The notes below the pieces were generated by a model, which did not search any database, was not told where the DNA came from, and worked only from the letters and a program-made list of their open reading frames with translations. A stretch of DNA of 38,206 nt from NCBI GenBank assembly GCA_947625215.1, contig CANQNL010000004.1, positions 1 to 38,206 on the forward strand, read 5' to 3'. This DNA comes from an uncultured Bacilli bacterium (GTDB lineage: Bacteria; Bacillota_I; Bacilli_A; RF39; UBA660). A program made the position numbers and the translations under genes. Positions within the stretch are counted from its first letter, which is position 1. Each line of letters begins with the position of its first letter. Below, one piece after another: positions 16,898 through 27,059 of the stretch.

Positions 16898-17980
16898 ATG
16901 AGAGTAAAAACATTTTTTACAAATTGCTTTTTATTTATTACTATAAATGTATCGATGGCTTTAGCCATTGTTTTAAACGTACTATTTACTAATATTTTAG
17001 AAGATAAAACATCAATGAAAGAAATTGCTTCATCTTTAAACGAAATAAATAGATCAGCTACACCAATATACGTAGTTCCACAAATCAAAAAAAGTGATAA
17101 AGTTGTCTATGAAGAAGGTAAATCATTTGGAATAGATGTATCAAAATATCAAGGTGATATTGACTGGTTTAAAGTAAAAAATAGTGGTGTTGATTTTGCC
17201 ATCATCAGAGTAGGTTATCGTGGTTACAAAGGTGGAGATATTAATATCGATGAGAATTTTTATAAAAATATTGAAGGCGCAATAAAAAATAATATTGACG
17301 TTGGTATTTATTTCTATTCAGCAGCTCGTAATGAAAGAGAAGCTATCAAAGAAGCTAAATGGGTTGTAGATACTATAAGTCCATATAAAAATAAAATTGC
17401 TTATCCTGTAGTTTTCGATTTGGAAGATTTTAATAGAGGCCGATTAGAATATACTAGTAATGCCTCATTAAATAAAGCTGCTACTGCTTTTTTAGATTAT
17501 ATCGATAAAAGTGGATATAACCCAATGTTATATGGTAGTAGATCCCGTTTCGGAACAACTTGGTATAATAAGACTTTAAGTAAATATAAAGTTTGGCTTG
17601 CTCATTATATCGAAAGTACTGATTATAAAGGAAAATATGATATGTGGCAGTACACATCAACTGGAAAAGTAGATGGTATTAAAGGTAATGTTGATATTAA
17701 TATTGCTTATTTCAAATTACCAACTAATAGTAATACTTTGGATATTAATGAGAAAATAGTTCGAAATACACATTTTGATACTGTAAATGAAAATGTTGTG
17801 GTAAATACTCTTGCTAATTTTAGAAAATCACCAACACTTAATTTAGATAATGAAATAACTGATCCGCTTCCTAAAGGAACTGCTCTTAAAAAAGTAGGTA
17901 TAAGCTCTGGAGGTTGGGCTAAAGTTATATATAATGGTACCACAGGATATATTTTAGATAACTATTTAACAAGAATATAA
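16898..17980 (+). CDS. GH25 lysozyme/muramidase with N-terminal TM anchor and C-terminal SH3b-like domain
   Basis: GIDVSKYQGDIDW, FDLED (DxE), WLAHY, MWQYTSTG.VDGI.GNVD; C-terminal GWAKVIYNGTTGYI; TTGACT-17-TATACT promoter at 16850-16878. Confidence 0.92.
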   Translation: MRVKTFFTNCFLFITINVSMALAIVLNVLFTNILEDKTSMKEIASSLNEINRSATPIYVVPQIKKSDKVVYEEGKSFGIDVSKYQGDIDWFKVKNSGVDFAIIRVGYRGYKGGDINIDENFYKNIEGAIKNNIDVGIYFYSAARNEREAIKEAKWVVDTISPYKNKIAYPVVFDLEDFNRGRLEYTSNASLNKAATAFLDYIDKSGYNPMLYGSRSRFGTTWYNKTLSKYKVWLAHYIESTDYKGKYDMWQYTSTGKVDGIKGNVDINIAYFKLPTNSNTLDINEKIVRNTHFDTVNENVVVNTLANFRKSPTLNLDNEITDPLPKGTALKKVGISSGGWAKVIYNGTTGYILDNYLTRI

Positions 17981-18001
17981 AACTAGAAATCTAGTTTTTT
18001 T
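17979..18001 (+). terminator. Intrinsic terminator
   Basis: AAAACTAGA-aa-TCTAGTTTT followed by a T run. Confidence 0.75.
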
Positions 18002-18005
18002 CTTT

Positions 18006-18034
18006 TAATAAACGAGCTATAATTTTCATACAAT
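18006..18034 (+). promoter_or_regulatory. SigE-type sporulation promoter of dacB-spmAB
   Basis: TAATAAA-14bp-CATACAAT matches the B. subtilis sigma-E consensus; dacB-spmAB is sigma-E controlled in B. subtilis. Confidence 0.7.
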
Positions 18035-18049
18035 TATTTAGGTGAAATT

Positions 18050-19120
18050 ATGAGAAAAATAATAGCTTTAATATTACTATTTGTTCCAGTAAGTGTCAGT
18101 GCTTTTGAATCAAATGCCAAAGGAACTGTCTTAATGGATATGGATAGTAAACGAGTTTTATATGCCGAAAATTCACATTATACCCAAAGTGTGGCTTCAA
18201 TTTCAAAAATAATGACGGCCGTAGTAACTTTAGAAAATGCCAATATTAAAGAAAAAATAACGGTTGGTGATGAAGTGTTAAAATCCCACGGCTCTGGAGT
18301 TTATATAAAACCAGGTGAAATAATCAGTGTTGAAGACTTGCTTTATGGATTAATGCTTAGAAGTGGTAACGATGCGGCTTTAGCTTTAGCGAAAAGTGTG
18401 GCCGGGAATATAGAAAAATTTACCGAAAAGATGAATATAACGGCTAAAAAAATAGGAATGGATGATACAACTTTTAATAATCCCAGCGGTTTAGATGAGG
18501 ATAAAGGAAATATATCTTCAGCTTATGATATGGCCTTACTTATGAGCTATGCAATGCAAAATGAAAACTTTAGAGAAATTACTAAAACGAAAGTCCATAA
18601 AGTAAAAACTAATAAAAATGTATATGTTTGGCATAATAAAAATAAATTTTTAACTACTTATAGGTATGCAACAGGAGGAAAAACTGGATACACTAAAAAA
18701 GCGAAAAGAACATTAGTAACCTCCGCATCTAAAAATAATCTTAATTTAACAGTTGTGACTATTAATGATGGTGATGACTGGAATGATCATAAAAGTCTTT
18801 ACGAAGAAGCCTTTAAAAAATACACTTTATATACCTTATTAGATAAAGGAAATATTTCTATTTTTGGTGAAAATTATTATAAAAATGATACTCTATTTTT
18901 AAAAGAAGATTTTAAGTATCCTCTTTTAGAAAGTGAAAAAGAAGCGATAAGTTTAAAATATAAACTAGACAAAAAACGCCAGTATAAAGATAATATAAAA
19001 GTAGGAGATGTAAGTTTATATATTGGTGATACAAAAGTAAAAAGCCAGGATATTTTTATTAATAAAGGTAAAAAGAAACAAACTTTTATAGAAAAGTTCA
19101 AATCTTATTTCTATGATTAA
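18050..19120 (+). CDS. dacB: D-alanyl-D-alanine carboxypeptidase (S11), DacB-like
   Basis: Signal peptide, ASISK (SxxK), SGND (SxN), GKTG; upstream of spmAB. Confidence 0.88.
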   Translation: MRKIIALILLFVPVSVSAFESNAKGTVLMDMDSKRVLYAENSHYTQSVASISKIMTAVVTLENANIKEKITVGDEVLKSHGSGVYIKPGEIISVEDLLYGLMLRSGNDAALALAKSVAGNIEKFTEKMNITAKKIGMDDTTFNNPSGLDEDKGNISSAYDMALLMSYAMQNENFREITKTKVHKVKTNKNVYVWHNKNKFLTTYRYATGGKTGYTKKAKRTLVTSASKNNLNLTVVTINDGDDWNDHKSLYEEAFKKYTLYTLLDKGNISIFGENYYKNDTLFLKEDFKYPLLESEKEAISLKYKLDKKRQYKDNIKVGDVSLYIGDTKVKSQDIFINKGKKKQTFIEKFKSYFYD

Positions 19121-19691
19121 TAAACTATGGATATTTTTTATCGTATCTGGCTCATTATTTTTAATAATTACTGGTAAAGCCGATATTTTAAACTCTCAAA
19201 TTTTAACTAGCGGGAAAACTACTTTGGATTTAATAATGCAAATATTTCCACTTCTAGCTATTTGGCTTGGTATTATGAATATTGCTAAAGAATCTGGATT
19301 ACTTGATAAATTATCAAAATTTATTTCCCCCTTGCTTTCTAAACTTTTTCCTGAAATTCCTAAGGGTCACGAATCACTAGGACTAATTTCATCAAATATA
19401 ATTGCTAATTTATTTGGACTTGGAAATGCAGCCACACCTTTTGGTCTTAAAGCAATGGAAGCCCTTCAAAAAATAAATAAAGATAAAGAAACTGCCAGCC
19501 GGAGTATGATTACTTTCTTAGTTATTAATACGTGCGGAGTTACTTTAGTTCCAACAACAATTATTTCTCTTCGAATGATGCACGATAGTACTGATCCTAC
19601 GAGTATTGTTGTTCCGTGTATTCTTGTAACTTTTATTTCACTTTTTATTGGTCTTATTATCGATAGAATATTAGCTAGGAGGTATAAATGA
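19113..19691 (+). CDS. spmA: Spore maturation protein A
   Basis: NIIANLFGLGNAATPFGLKAM, MITFLVINT, PTTII. Confidence 0.95.
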   Translation: MINKLWIFFIVSGSLFLIITGKADILNSQILTSGKTTLDLIMQIFPLLAIWLGIMNIAKESGLLDKLSKFISPLLSKLFPEIPKGHESLGLISSNIIANLFGLGNAATPFGLKAMEALQKINKDKETASRSMITFLVINTCGVTLVPTTIISLRMMHDSTDPTSIVVPCILVTFISLFIGLIIDRILARRYK

Positions 19692-20206
19692 AAATACTTT
19701 CTAACTTATTTATCCCAGTTTTAGTTTTAACGGTTATTATCTATGGTGTAAAAAAGAAAGTTAATGTTTATGATAGTTTTGTAAATGGCGCTAAAGAAAG
19801 CTTACCAATGGCAATTAATATGTTTACGCCCTTACTAGCAATGATATTTGGCATTAACATTTTTACGAATAGTGGTTTAATTGATGAAGTTTTTCAATTT
19901 TTAAAACCGATATTTTATTTAATTAATATTCCTTTAGAAATTTTACCAGTAGCAGTTATGCGACCACTTTCAGGTAGTTTTGGTTTAGCTCTATTGAATG
20001 ATATGTTTACAGTATATGGTCCTGATAACTATCTTAGTATTTTGGCTTCCATTATTCAAGGTTCTAGTGATACTACCCTTTATATCATCACCTTGTATTT
20101 TGGAACGGTTGGAATAAAAAAAATTAAATATGCTTTATGGGCTGGGTTACTAGCCGATTTAACAGCCGTAATTTTAAGTTTATTAATTGTACCCTTGTTT
20201 TTTTAA
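19688..20206 (+). CDS. spmB: Spore maturation protein B
   Basis: VYDSFVNGAKE, RPLSGS, QGSSDTTLYIITLYFG. Confidence 0.95.
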   Translation: MKILSNLFIPVLVLTVIIYGVKKKVNVYDSFVNGAKESLPMAINMFTPLLAMIFGINIFTNSGLIDEVFQFLKPIFYLINIPLEILPVAVMRPLSGSFGLALLNDMFTVYGPDNYLSILASIIQGSSDTTLYIITLYFGTVGIKKIKYALWAGLLADLTAVILSLLIVPLFF

Positions 20207-20239
20207 AAATACTTTTGTATAATTTGATTAGGTGGTAAT

Positions 20240-20953
20240 GTGGAAAGATTACAAAAAATAATTGCTAATAGTGGATACTGTTCACGAAGAAAAGCTGAAG
20301 ATTTAATAATCAAGGGGGAAGTTAAAGTAAATGGGAAAATTGTAACTGATCTTGGGGCTAAAGCAAGTTTAAGTGACGCTATTACAGTAAATGGTAAAAA
20401 AATTGAAATCGAGGAAAAAGAATACATTTTACTTTATAAACCTAGAGGAGTAGTTTCAACAACTAATGATGATAAGGGTAGAAAAACGGTTACTAGTTTA
20501 ATTGAAACAAATAAAAGATTATATCCTGTTGGTAGATTAGATTATGATACTAGTGGCCTTTTACTTTTAACTAATGATGGAAAGCTTACTAATTTACTTA
20601 CCCATCCTAAAAATGAGATTATTAAACAGTATGTTGTAAAAATAAATGAAGCTGTAAATCCAGTTTTAATTAAAAAATTACTTTCTGGAGTAGTTTCTGA
20701 AGGTGAAAAATTAAGAGCTGATAGAGTTAAAATTAAAAAACTTGATAAAAGAAAAAATAAAACTATTATTGAGATAGTACTTCACGAAGGTAAATATCAC
20801 GAGGTCAAAAGAATGTTTGCGGCTATTGGGTATCAAGTGGAATCATTAAAACGAGAAAAATTAGCTTTTTTAACTTTAGATGGTCTTACATCTGGAATGT
20901 ATCGTCATCTGACAATAAAAGAAGTAAAAAAATTATATAATTTAGCTAAATAA
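20240..20953 (+). CDS. rluB: rRNA pseudouridine synthase RluB
   Basis: S4 domain ERLQKIIA..SRRKAE; GRLDYDTSGLLLLTNDG; same position after spmB as in B. subtilis. Confidence 0.9.
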   Translation: MERLQKIIANSGYCSRRKAEDLIIKGEVKVNGKIVTDLGAKASLSDAITVNGKKIEIEEKEYILLYKPRGVVSTTNDDKGRKTVTSLIETNKRLYPVGRLDYDTSGLLLLTNDGKLTNLLTHPKNEIIKQYVVKINEAVNPVLIKKLLSGVVSEGEKLRADRVKIKKLDKRKNKTIIEIVLHEGKYHEVKRMFAAIGYQVESLKREKLAFLTLDGLTSGMYRHLTIKEVKKLYNLAK

Positions 20954-20977
20954 AAATAGTTCCATTGAACTATTTTT
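20952..20977. terminator. Bidirectional terminator
   Basis: AAAAATAGTTC-catt-GAACTATTTTT between convergent genes. Confidence 0.8.
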
Positions 20978-21559
20978 TTAACCAACTTTTCTTTTATTAT
21001 TTAAAGACAAAGTACGAACTTGCTTATTTTGATGTAGAGTCTCAATATCCTTAAAAGGCTTAAGACTTTTATATATTTTGACCCCACTAGCTTTTGTACA
21101 TATGTAGTCTAATATCTGGTCATTTACATCCATATATTCCAAATCATTTTCTTTTAATGCGGCTTCTAAAACCCACATTGGTGAAATATCAACAACAACA
21201 TTTTGTTCTAAGCATACGGAGTATAATTTTTTTTCATTAAAAGCTAAAATATACTTACTTTTATTTTCTAATTTTTGTGAAAGCGCAAACATATCATTAA
21301 GTGTTAATATGTTATCTTGGCTTTTATAGTTAGAATAATCATTTTCAAGTAAAATAACATTTATTTCACTTGAAACTAAGGTATATTCTTTATCAAAAGA
21401 AGCTTGGCAAGTAACTAATGAACGATTACAATCATTAAAATGCGCTAGATAGAAATCTTTAAATTCTCCATTTTGTTCATAAAATATGTGCTCATTATTA
21501 GTATTTGTCCTTTTAAAATCAATAATTTTAACGTTTGGCGGTCCCGAGTCAGGATCCAT
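20978..21559 (-). CDS. Hypothetical protein (193 aa)
   Basis: AAAGGAGG SD and TTGCAC-17-TGnTATAAT promoter (21620-21592); no recognised motif. Confidence 0.75.
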   Translation of the reverse strand: MDPDSGPPNVKIIDFKRTNTNNEHIFYEQNGEFKDFYLAHFNDCNRSLVTCQASFDKEYTLVSSEINVILLENDYSNYKSQDNILTLNDMFALSQKLENKSKYILAFNEKKLYSVCLEQNVVVDISPMWVLEAALKENDLEYMDVNDQILDYICTKASGVKIYKSLKPFKDIETLHQNKQVRTLSLNNKRKVG

Positions 21560-21685
21560 AAAAATTCCTCCTTTATTATAAATATATATTCATTATATCA
21601 GATAATGTAGAAATGTGCAAAATATTGACAAACTATGTCATAAAGCGGTATTATATTTATAGTAAAATAGAAATGGGGTACGTAA

Positions 21686-22156
21686 ATGGCTAAGAAAAAA
21701 AATAAACATAAAAATACCAAACAAAAAAATAATATGCATAATAATAAAAAGATAAATAAAAAGCAAGTAAAACAAGTAGTTTTAAAACCAAAACCACAAG
21801 TTAATTCTAAAGAAAAAGATAGCGAAACAGATATTAAGATTAAATCTAACCAAGTAGAAAATGCTGATAAAACCAGACTTATAAGTAAAGATGATTTAAA
21901 AACCGTTATGGAAAATGAAAAGTCTGGTGTACCTAAAGATATCAAAAGGGATTATTCTACAGTAATTGAAAAAAATGGTAGTGTTTTTCATACAAATCCT
22001 GATAATACACATATTGGTGAACTGGATTTAGGAATAATAGAAGAAGTGGAAGAGCCAAAAGTAGAAAAAGAACCTTTGCCACCTCAAGTCATTATTATGA
22101 TACTTATTGCCATTGCCGTTGTATTATTAGTTTTATTAATGTTTCCAATAAAATAG
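21686..22156 (+). CDS. Hypothetical tail-anchored membrane protein with Lys/Asn-rich N-terminus
   Basis: TTGACA-18-TATTAT promoter (21625-21654); C-terminal hydrophobic helix. Confidence 0.75.
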   Translation: MAKKKNKHKNTKQKNNMHNNKKINKKQVKQVVLKPKPQVNSKEKDSETDIKIKSNQVENADKTRLISKDDLKTVMENEKSGVPKDIKRDYSTVIEKNGSVFHTNPDNTHIGELDLGIIEEVEEPKVEKEPLPPQVIIMILIAIAVVLLVLLMFPIK

Positions 22157-22170
22157 ATGCCTTAAGGCGT

Positions 22171-22359
22171 CTATTCTTCATTTTCTATTTTTATAGCTGA
22201 AGTAGGGCAAGCACTAGCGGCATCTCTAACATCATCAGTAACTTCTTCAGTTTTAGCTTCAGCTAAATTATCTTCACCAAATTCAAAATTGTCGGGACAA
22301 ATTGCCACACAAGAACCACAGGCTATACATAAGTCTTTATCAACGTGAACCTTTTCCAT
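22171..22359 (-). CDS. fer: Single-cluster Fe-S ferredoxin
   Basis: CIACGSC..CP and C-terminal ACPTSAI; GGAGGT SD. Confidence 0.93.
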   Translation of the reverse strand: MEKVHVDKDLCIACGSCVAICPDNFEFGEDNLAEAKTEEVTDDVRDAASACPTSAIKIENEE

Positions 22360-22460
22360 AAATTACCTCCTAAAATAATTATAGATAAAATATAAGTAAA
22401 TTGCAAGACTACCTTTAAAAAAAATGTAAAATGTGATATTATTATTCTAGAGGTGGTAGG

Positions 22461-23282
22461 ATGGCAACTCGAATGCAAAAATATTATAAGAATGCCAGAG
22501 TAAATACCGATTCTAATTCCAGAAGTGCGCGTAATAAAGAATTATATGGTGAAATATATACTAATGGCAAATATTCTAATATTGAAGGTATTGCTACTAT
22601 TGATAATGCTAATGAAGTAGATCTTACTAAGGTTAAAGAGATGCTTAATAATAGAGAAAATTATCAAAAAGAAAGACAATATCGCCGAATTACAGGTGAA
22701 TATAAAAATCCTGAGCGTGTTAGACCTACAATCACTCGTTCCTTTACTGATATGGAGGAACAAAACTATGATATTCGTGATATCTTAAAAGAAGCGAAAG
22801 AACATAAAGAACCTGATAATAAAGAAAGAGTTCTTAAAAACACCCAGTATAATATTCTTAAAAATATTGATTTAAAAGAAGAACTTCGTAAAGAAGATTA
22901 TTATGAAGAGAATGAAGAAGATTTAAAAGAAATGATTGAAACAATTACTAATACTAGTATGTTAAATAAATTAGGAGATGCCGAGCTTGCCGAAGATTTA
23001 TTGAGTGATCTGCACGATGATGATACAAAAATTGGTGAAATCAAAGATGTTAAATCTTTAATCGAAGCTGATCAAAAATATCAGGAAGAAGTTAAAACTA
23101 AAGATCCTAATGAAACAACATATGACCATTCATTCTTTACTTCAAGTTTAAAATTAAGTAAGTCTGATTTTATTGGTGAAGATGGTCAAGGCAGATTTAG
23201 TGTATTAAGCATAATTATTATAATCGTTTTAGTTATTATAATTGTCGTATCAGGCGCTATCCTCATTATGCGAATGTTTTAA
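22461..23282 (+). CDS. Hypothetical acidic tail-anchored membrane protein
   Basis: GAGGTGG SD; charged cytoplasmic region plus C-terminal TM; 33-bp convergent overlap with the next gene. Confidence 0.8.
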   Translation: MATRMQKYYKNARVNTDSNSRSARNKELYGEIYTNGKYSNIEGIATIDNANEVDLTKVKEMLNNRENYQKERQYRRITGEYKNPERVRPTITRSFTDMEEQNYDIRDILKEAKEHKEPDNKERVLKNTQYNILKNIDLKEELRKEDYYEENEEDLKEMIETITNTSMLNKLGDAELAEDLLSDLHDDDTKIGEIKDVKSLIEADQKYQEEVKTKDPNETTYDHSFFTSSLKLSKSDFIGEDGQGRFSVLSIIIIIVLVIIIVVSGAILIMRMF

Positions 23283-24344
23283 AAGACACCTAATCATAAT
23301 TATAAGAGGAATGATAAAGAATACAGCAAACATTATATAAAGCATATAATGTTTATACCATTCATTAGAAGAACCGTTAGTAACTAAAACAAAGGGACTA
23401 ATAAATAAAACAAGTAAACAAGCAAAGATAATAAATACTTTGTTTGTTTTTTCTTTAAATTTAAAAGTATGAGCAAAAGTTTTAGTTACATAATACATAC
23501 CAACCATAATTAAAATAAATAAAGCAATAATCCATTCAGTTGATAAAATACTTTCAAGCCTATCAACAAAATTACCAATTTCTACTTTTTTTAGTAGATG
23601 AAATTCTGGATATTCATATAAAAGAGAAAGCTCAAGACCAAATGTTCCTATTGTTAAAAATGCCGCATTAGCTAAACTTAAAACAGCAATAATATAAAAA
23701 ATAATGCTTTTTTTATGGCTATAATTAGTAAGTTGCATTTTAGGAATAATGAGGAGAAAGAAAAGAGGCAAAATATTATAAGCAATTATAATCAGCGATC
23801 CGTGTAATATGGAAGATGATTTTGTATTTAAAAATGGTTGTAAATTTTGTATATCCACGCCTCCGAATACACTAAAAACAATAAAAATTACTGCAGCTAC
23901 CACAATATAAAAAAGTAATAAACTTGTTCTTGAAATAGCATTTATTCCTTTTAAAACTCCATATATTATTGGTACAATAAAAACAACTGAAATAATAAAA
24001 GGATGTGTGCGATACAAAAACTGAGTATTAATAAAATGGACAATATCAACAAAGGCTAAAACAACAACTATAAACACACCAAGAGCTAAAATAATATTTA
24101 TAACTTTGCCAAATTTACCAAATAAGTATTCATTAAGCTCACAAATATTTTTTTTGTCATCATAATTTTGAATATAAGCAAATATTGCTAAGGGAATAAA
24201 ACCTAAAATTAAAGCGACTATTCCACTAATCCAAGAATCACGGCCACTTATCATAATTAAGTTGCTTATAGTAACGCCAATATATCCAGCGCGAATTAAA
24301 AACCATACAAGACTGTTATATTCCATTCCACTTATTTTTTTCAC
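23250..24344 (-). CDS. gerKB: Spore germinant receptor B subunit (GerAB/APC family)
   Basis: About 10 TM helices, GRDSWIS, YP...L..V.IG.FVDRLE; third gene of the ger operon. Confidence 0.85.
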   Translation of the reverse strand: MKKISGMEYNSLVWFLIRAGYIGVTISNLIMISGRDSWISGIVALILGFIPLAIFAYIQNYDDKKNICELNEYLFGKFGKVINIILALGVFIVVVLAFVDIVHFINTQFLYRTHPFIISVVFIVPIIYGVLKGINAISRTSLLLFYIVVAAVIFIVFSVFGGVDIQNLQPFLNTKSSSILHGSLIIIAYNILPLFFLLIIPKMQLTNYSHKKSIIFYIIAVLSLANAAFLTIGTFGLELSLLYEYPEFHLLKKVEIGNFVDRLESILSTEWIIALFILIMVGMYYVTKTFAHTFKFKEKTNKVFIIFACLLVLFISPFVLVTNGSSNEWYKHYMLYIMFAVFFIIPLIIMIRCLLKHSHNEDSA

Positions 24345-25516
24345 TTTTTAACCTCCTCTAAAGTACGGTTTAAAGAGCCAGAAGAACTAATAACAAAATC
24401 GGTTTTAACATCGATATTTAATTTTGAAAAATATTTATCATTCCATTCATCTTCAACCTTTTTCCACTTACTTGGATATTTCCCATATAGCTTATTACCA
24501 AATCCAAAAACATCAGCTTTATATTCATTCTGCATTTTCTTTAAAGTACTTTTTAGATGTTCTTTTACTTCTTTTTCAAGTTTTTTTTCAATTTTTTTCA
24601 CGACATTAGTATTTTCAATTTTAACTTGCCCATTTACCTCAGCTAAATAACCATCACCACTTACTTTAATATCAATATGATTAAAATCTTTAAGCTTAAT
24701 TTTGGTATTGATATTGTCAGAGATGAAGACGATATCAGCTTTATTATATTTAAAAGCAAATTTAAATTCACTAATACTATCATTTAAAACATTAATTGCT
24801 TGGCTGTCTTTTTCGCCAATATAATCAATAAATTTGTCTTTGCGAAAAATAGCTGCATCATTTAATTTGATATAAGTTTTAGGGACTGTTGTTTCTAGAT
24901 TTTTTTCATTACTACCTTTTTTAACTGTGCCATTAATCGATACAGCTGGTAAAATAGGATCAAATCCTGGACTTAAAATTCTTTCAACAAAGGGGCTATA
25001 TTTAATATTGGAAGTTAATGATTCAAAAGTGGCATTTGATTCTATTAATGATGCAATACTTTGTGATGGAAAAGATTCTAGTGGTTCAACAATTTTTAAA
25101 ATACTTGATGCAGTATTTTCTTTTGATTGAATTATATAAAATTGTTTACGAGTTTCTGGATTTCTAAGAAGCCAATCGGCTATTTTGAAAAAACCTTCTT
25201 TGGCAATTTCCTCAGAAATTACGACGACATTGATATGTCCATAGTATAAACTTTTAGGTGTTTTTCGATCAATAACATTAGTTGCTTCATTTAAAGTTTT
25301 TCCCTTACCAGAATAAATGGTCGTTGTCGCCTCACCTTCTTTATTACTAGTTTGAGATTTGGGAGAATTAGCAATTAAAAAACTAAGCTCATATTCATCG
25401 CCACTTTTATCAATCGCAATACTAGTTACAATGGCTAAATCGTTTAGTTCGCGGTAGTTACCACAGCCAGTAACCATAAGCAAACATATAAATAATAAAA
25501 TAATTTTATTTTTCAT
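24341..25516 (-). CDS. gerKC: Spore germinant receptor C subunit lipoprotein (Ger(x)C)
   Basis: VTGC lipobox, ELNDLAIV..IAID, DVFGFG; start moved to ATG25516 after GGGAGGA. Confidence 0.9.
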   Translation of the reverse strand: MKNKIILLFICLLMVTGCGNYRELNDLAIVTSIAIDKSGDEYELSFLIANSPKSQTSNKEGEATTTIYSGKGKTLNEATNVIDRKTPKSLYYGHINVVVISEEIAKEGFFKIADWLLRNPETRKQFYIIQSKENTASSILKIVEPLESFPSQSIASLIESNATFESLTSNIKYSPFVERILSPGFDPILPAVSINGTVKKGSNEKNLETTVPKTYIKLNDAAIFRKDKFIDYIGEKDSQAINVLNDSISEFKFAFKYNKADIVFISDNINTKIKLKDFNHIDIKVSGDGYLAEVNGQVKIENTNVVKKIEKKLEKEVKEHLKSTLKKMQNEYKADVFGFGNKLYGKYPSKWKKVEDEWNDKYFSKLNIDVKTDFVISSSGSLNRTLEEVKK

Positions 25517-26972
25517 TTTGTCCTCCCTGTTTAATAATATCGTTGTCATTTAAATATTCTGGTCTTTTAAATATTTTAGGTAAAGGAAAACGAATAATTG
25601 AATTTTTTTGACTTTCTGTAATTAATGGACTAAATGGGGCGAGAAAAGGAACACCGAAAGCATCTAGTGATGATAATTTTAAAACTAAGATTAGGCCGGA
25701 AGCAATAATTCCAATTATTCCAAAGAAGGTTGCCGATAAAATAAAAATAAAACGCCAAGTTCTAATTCCGTTCATAAAGTCAACATCAGTAAAAATTAAA
25801 CTACATATTGAAGTAATTGCAATAACGATAACCGCAATCGGTGAAACAATGCCAGCATCGACAGCAGCCTGACCTAAAATTAAAGCGCCAACAATACTCA
25901 TTGAAGCCCCCATATTAGCTGGTGACCTGACATCGCTTTCTCTTAAAATTTCAAAAATAGCCATTAATAAAATAACTTCAAAAAAAGTCGGAAAAGGAAC
26001 GCCTTCTCTTTGAACTGCTAAAGAAATTAATAATTCATCTGGAACCACAGTTTGATCAAAGGTTGTAATAGCAATATATATAGCGGGAGTAAATAAAGTT
26101 ATAATTAGCGCAATAATTTTTAAAACTCTAGTGAAATTAACATTGGCGGGTTTTTGATATTCATCTTCTGATGTGTGAATAAAATCAGTAAAGACGTTAG
26201 GCAAAATTAAAACAAAGGGTGTATTTTCAACTATTAAAACAATTTTTCCATTTAAAATAGATTGACAAGCAAAGTCTGGTCTTTCAGTACTTAAAATTTG
26301 CGGAAATGAACTTTTCTTTTTTAGTAAGTATTCTCTAATATTCCCGCTATCTAAAATACCATCGACATTTATTTGCTTTAAAATTTTTTTAATTTTATTA
26401 AGACATTTCTTGTCAGCAACATCATTTAAATATATAAGACTTACCTTAGTTTGTGTGCGCACACCGACTTTCATATCCTCTATCCATAAATTGCTATCTT
26501 TGATTCGTTTACGTACTAAACCTAAATTTTTAGAATGATTTTCCGTAAAACTATCTTTTGGGCCTCTTAAAATAGGCTCACTAGTAGCTTCACTTACACC
26601 TCTATCTAAAGTAGCTCTAGTTTCTAAAATGATAGCCTCATCAGAGCCATCTACAATAACGATAGTAAAACCTGAAGATAAGTAGTAAGGAAATTCTTCA
26701 AAGTTATTAGTAGTACTTAATTGTGATGCAAAAATACTATTTTTTAAATTATTATAAAGATTACTAAAAATTTTAGTATTTTTTGATATAAAATAAGTAC
26801 TTTTAATAATGAAATCACTGACATCACTGCCTGAACTTGAACTTTCCATAAACAAAATACCAATATTTGTTTTACCTATATTCATAATTCTAGTTTTTAA
26901 ATCCGAACTTTTTCCATATAGTTTTTTGATATTTTCAATTATTTCGTTTACATTTTTAGGACTTTTTTCCAT
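25506..26972 (-). CDS. gerKA: Spore germinant receptor A subunit
   Basis: RGPKDSFTE, ERPD, REGVPFP, SIVGALILGQAAVDAGIVSP; A-C-B order as in B. subtilis gerK. Confidence 0.93.
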   Translation of the reverse strand: MEKSPKNVNEIIENIKKLYGKSSDLKTRIMNIGKTNIGILFMESSSSGSDVSDFIIKSTYFISKNTKIFSNLYNNLKNSIFASQLSTTNNFEEFPYYLSSGFTIVIVDGSDEAIILETRATLDRGVSEATSEPILRGPKDSFTENHSKNLGLVRKRIKDSNLWIEDMKVGVRTQTKVSLIYLNDVADKKCLNKIKKILKQINVDGILDSGNIREYLLKKKSSFPQILSTERPDFACQSILNGKIVLIVENTPFVLILPNVFTDFIHTSEDEYQKPANVNFTRVLKIIALIITLFTPAIYIAITTFDQTVVPDELLISLAVQREGVPFPTFFEVILLMAIFEILRESDVRSPANMGASMSIVGALILGQAAVDAGIVSPIAVIVIAITSICSLIFTDVDFMNGIRTWRFIFILSATFFGIIGIIASGLILVLKLSSLDAFGVPFLAPFSPLITESQKNSIIRFPLPKIFKRPEYLNDNDIIKQGGQNEK

Positions 26973-26994
26973 AAAATCACATCTTTTCTGCTAT

Positions 26995-27023
26995 TATTAT
27001 GGTAAATTTTCCTAAAAATATGA
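26995..27023 (-). promoter_or_regulatory. SigG/SigF-type forespore promoter of the ger operon
   Basis: TCATA-17bp-CATAATA on the minus strand. Confidence 0.6.
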
Positions 27024-27059
27024 GATAATAAAAAAGAAAAGTTAAAAGGAGACACACTT

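Noticed and set aside
16898-17980. GH25 lysozyme as a prophage endolysin or T7SS accessory
   Set aside because: It has a TM anchor, its own promoter and terminator, and no phage genes nearby; it is separated from the T7SS operon by the TA module and the lipoprotein
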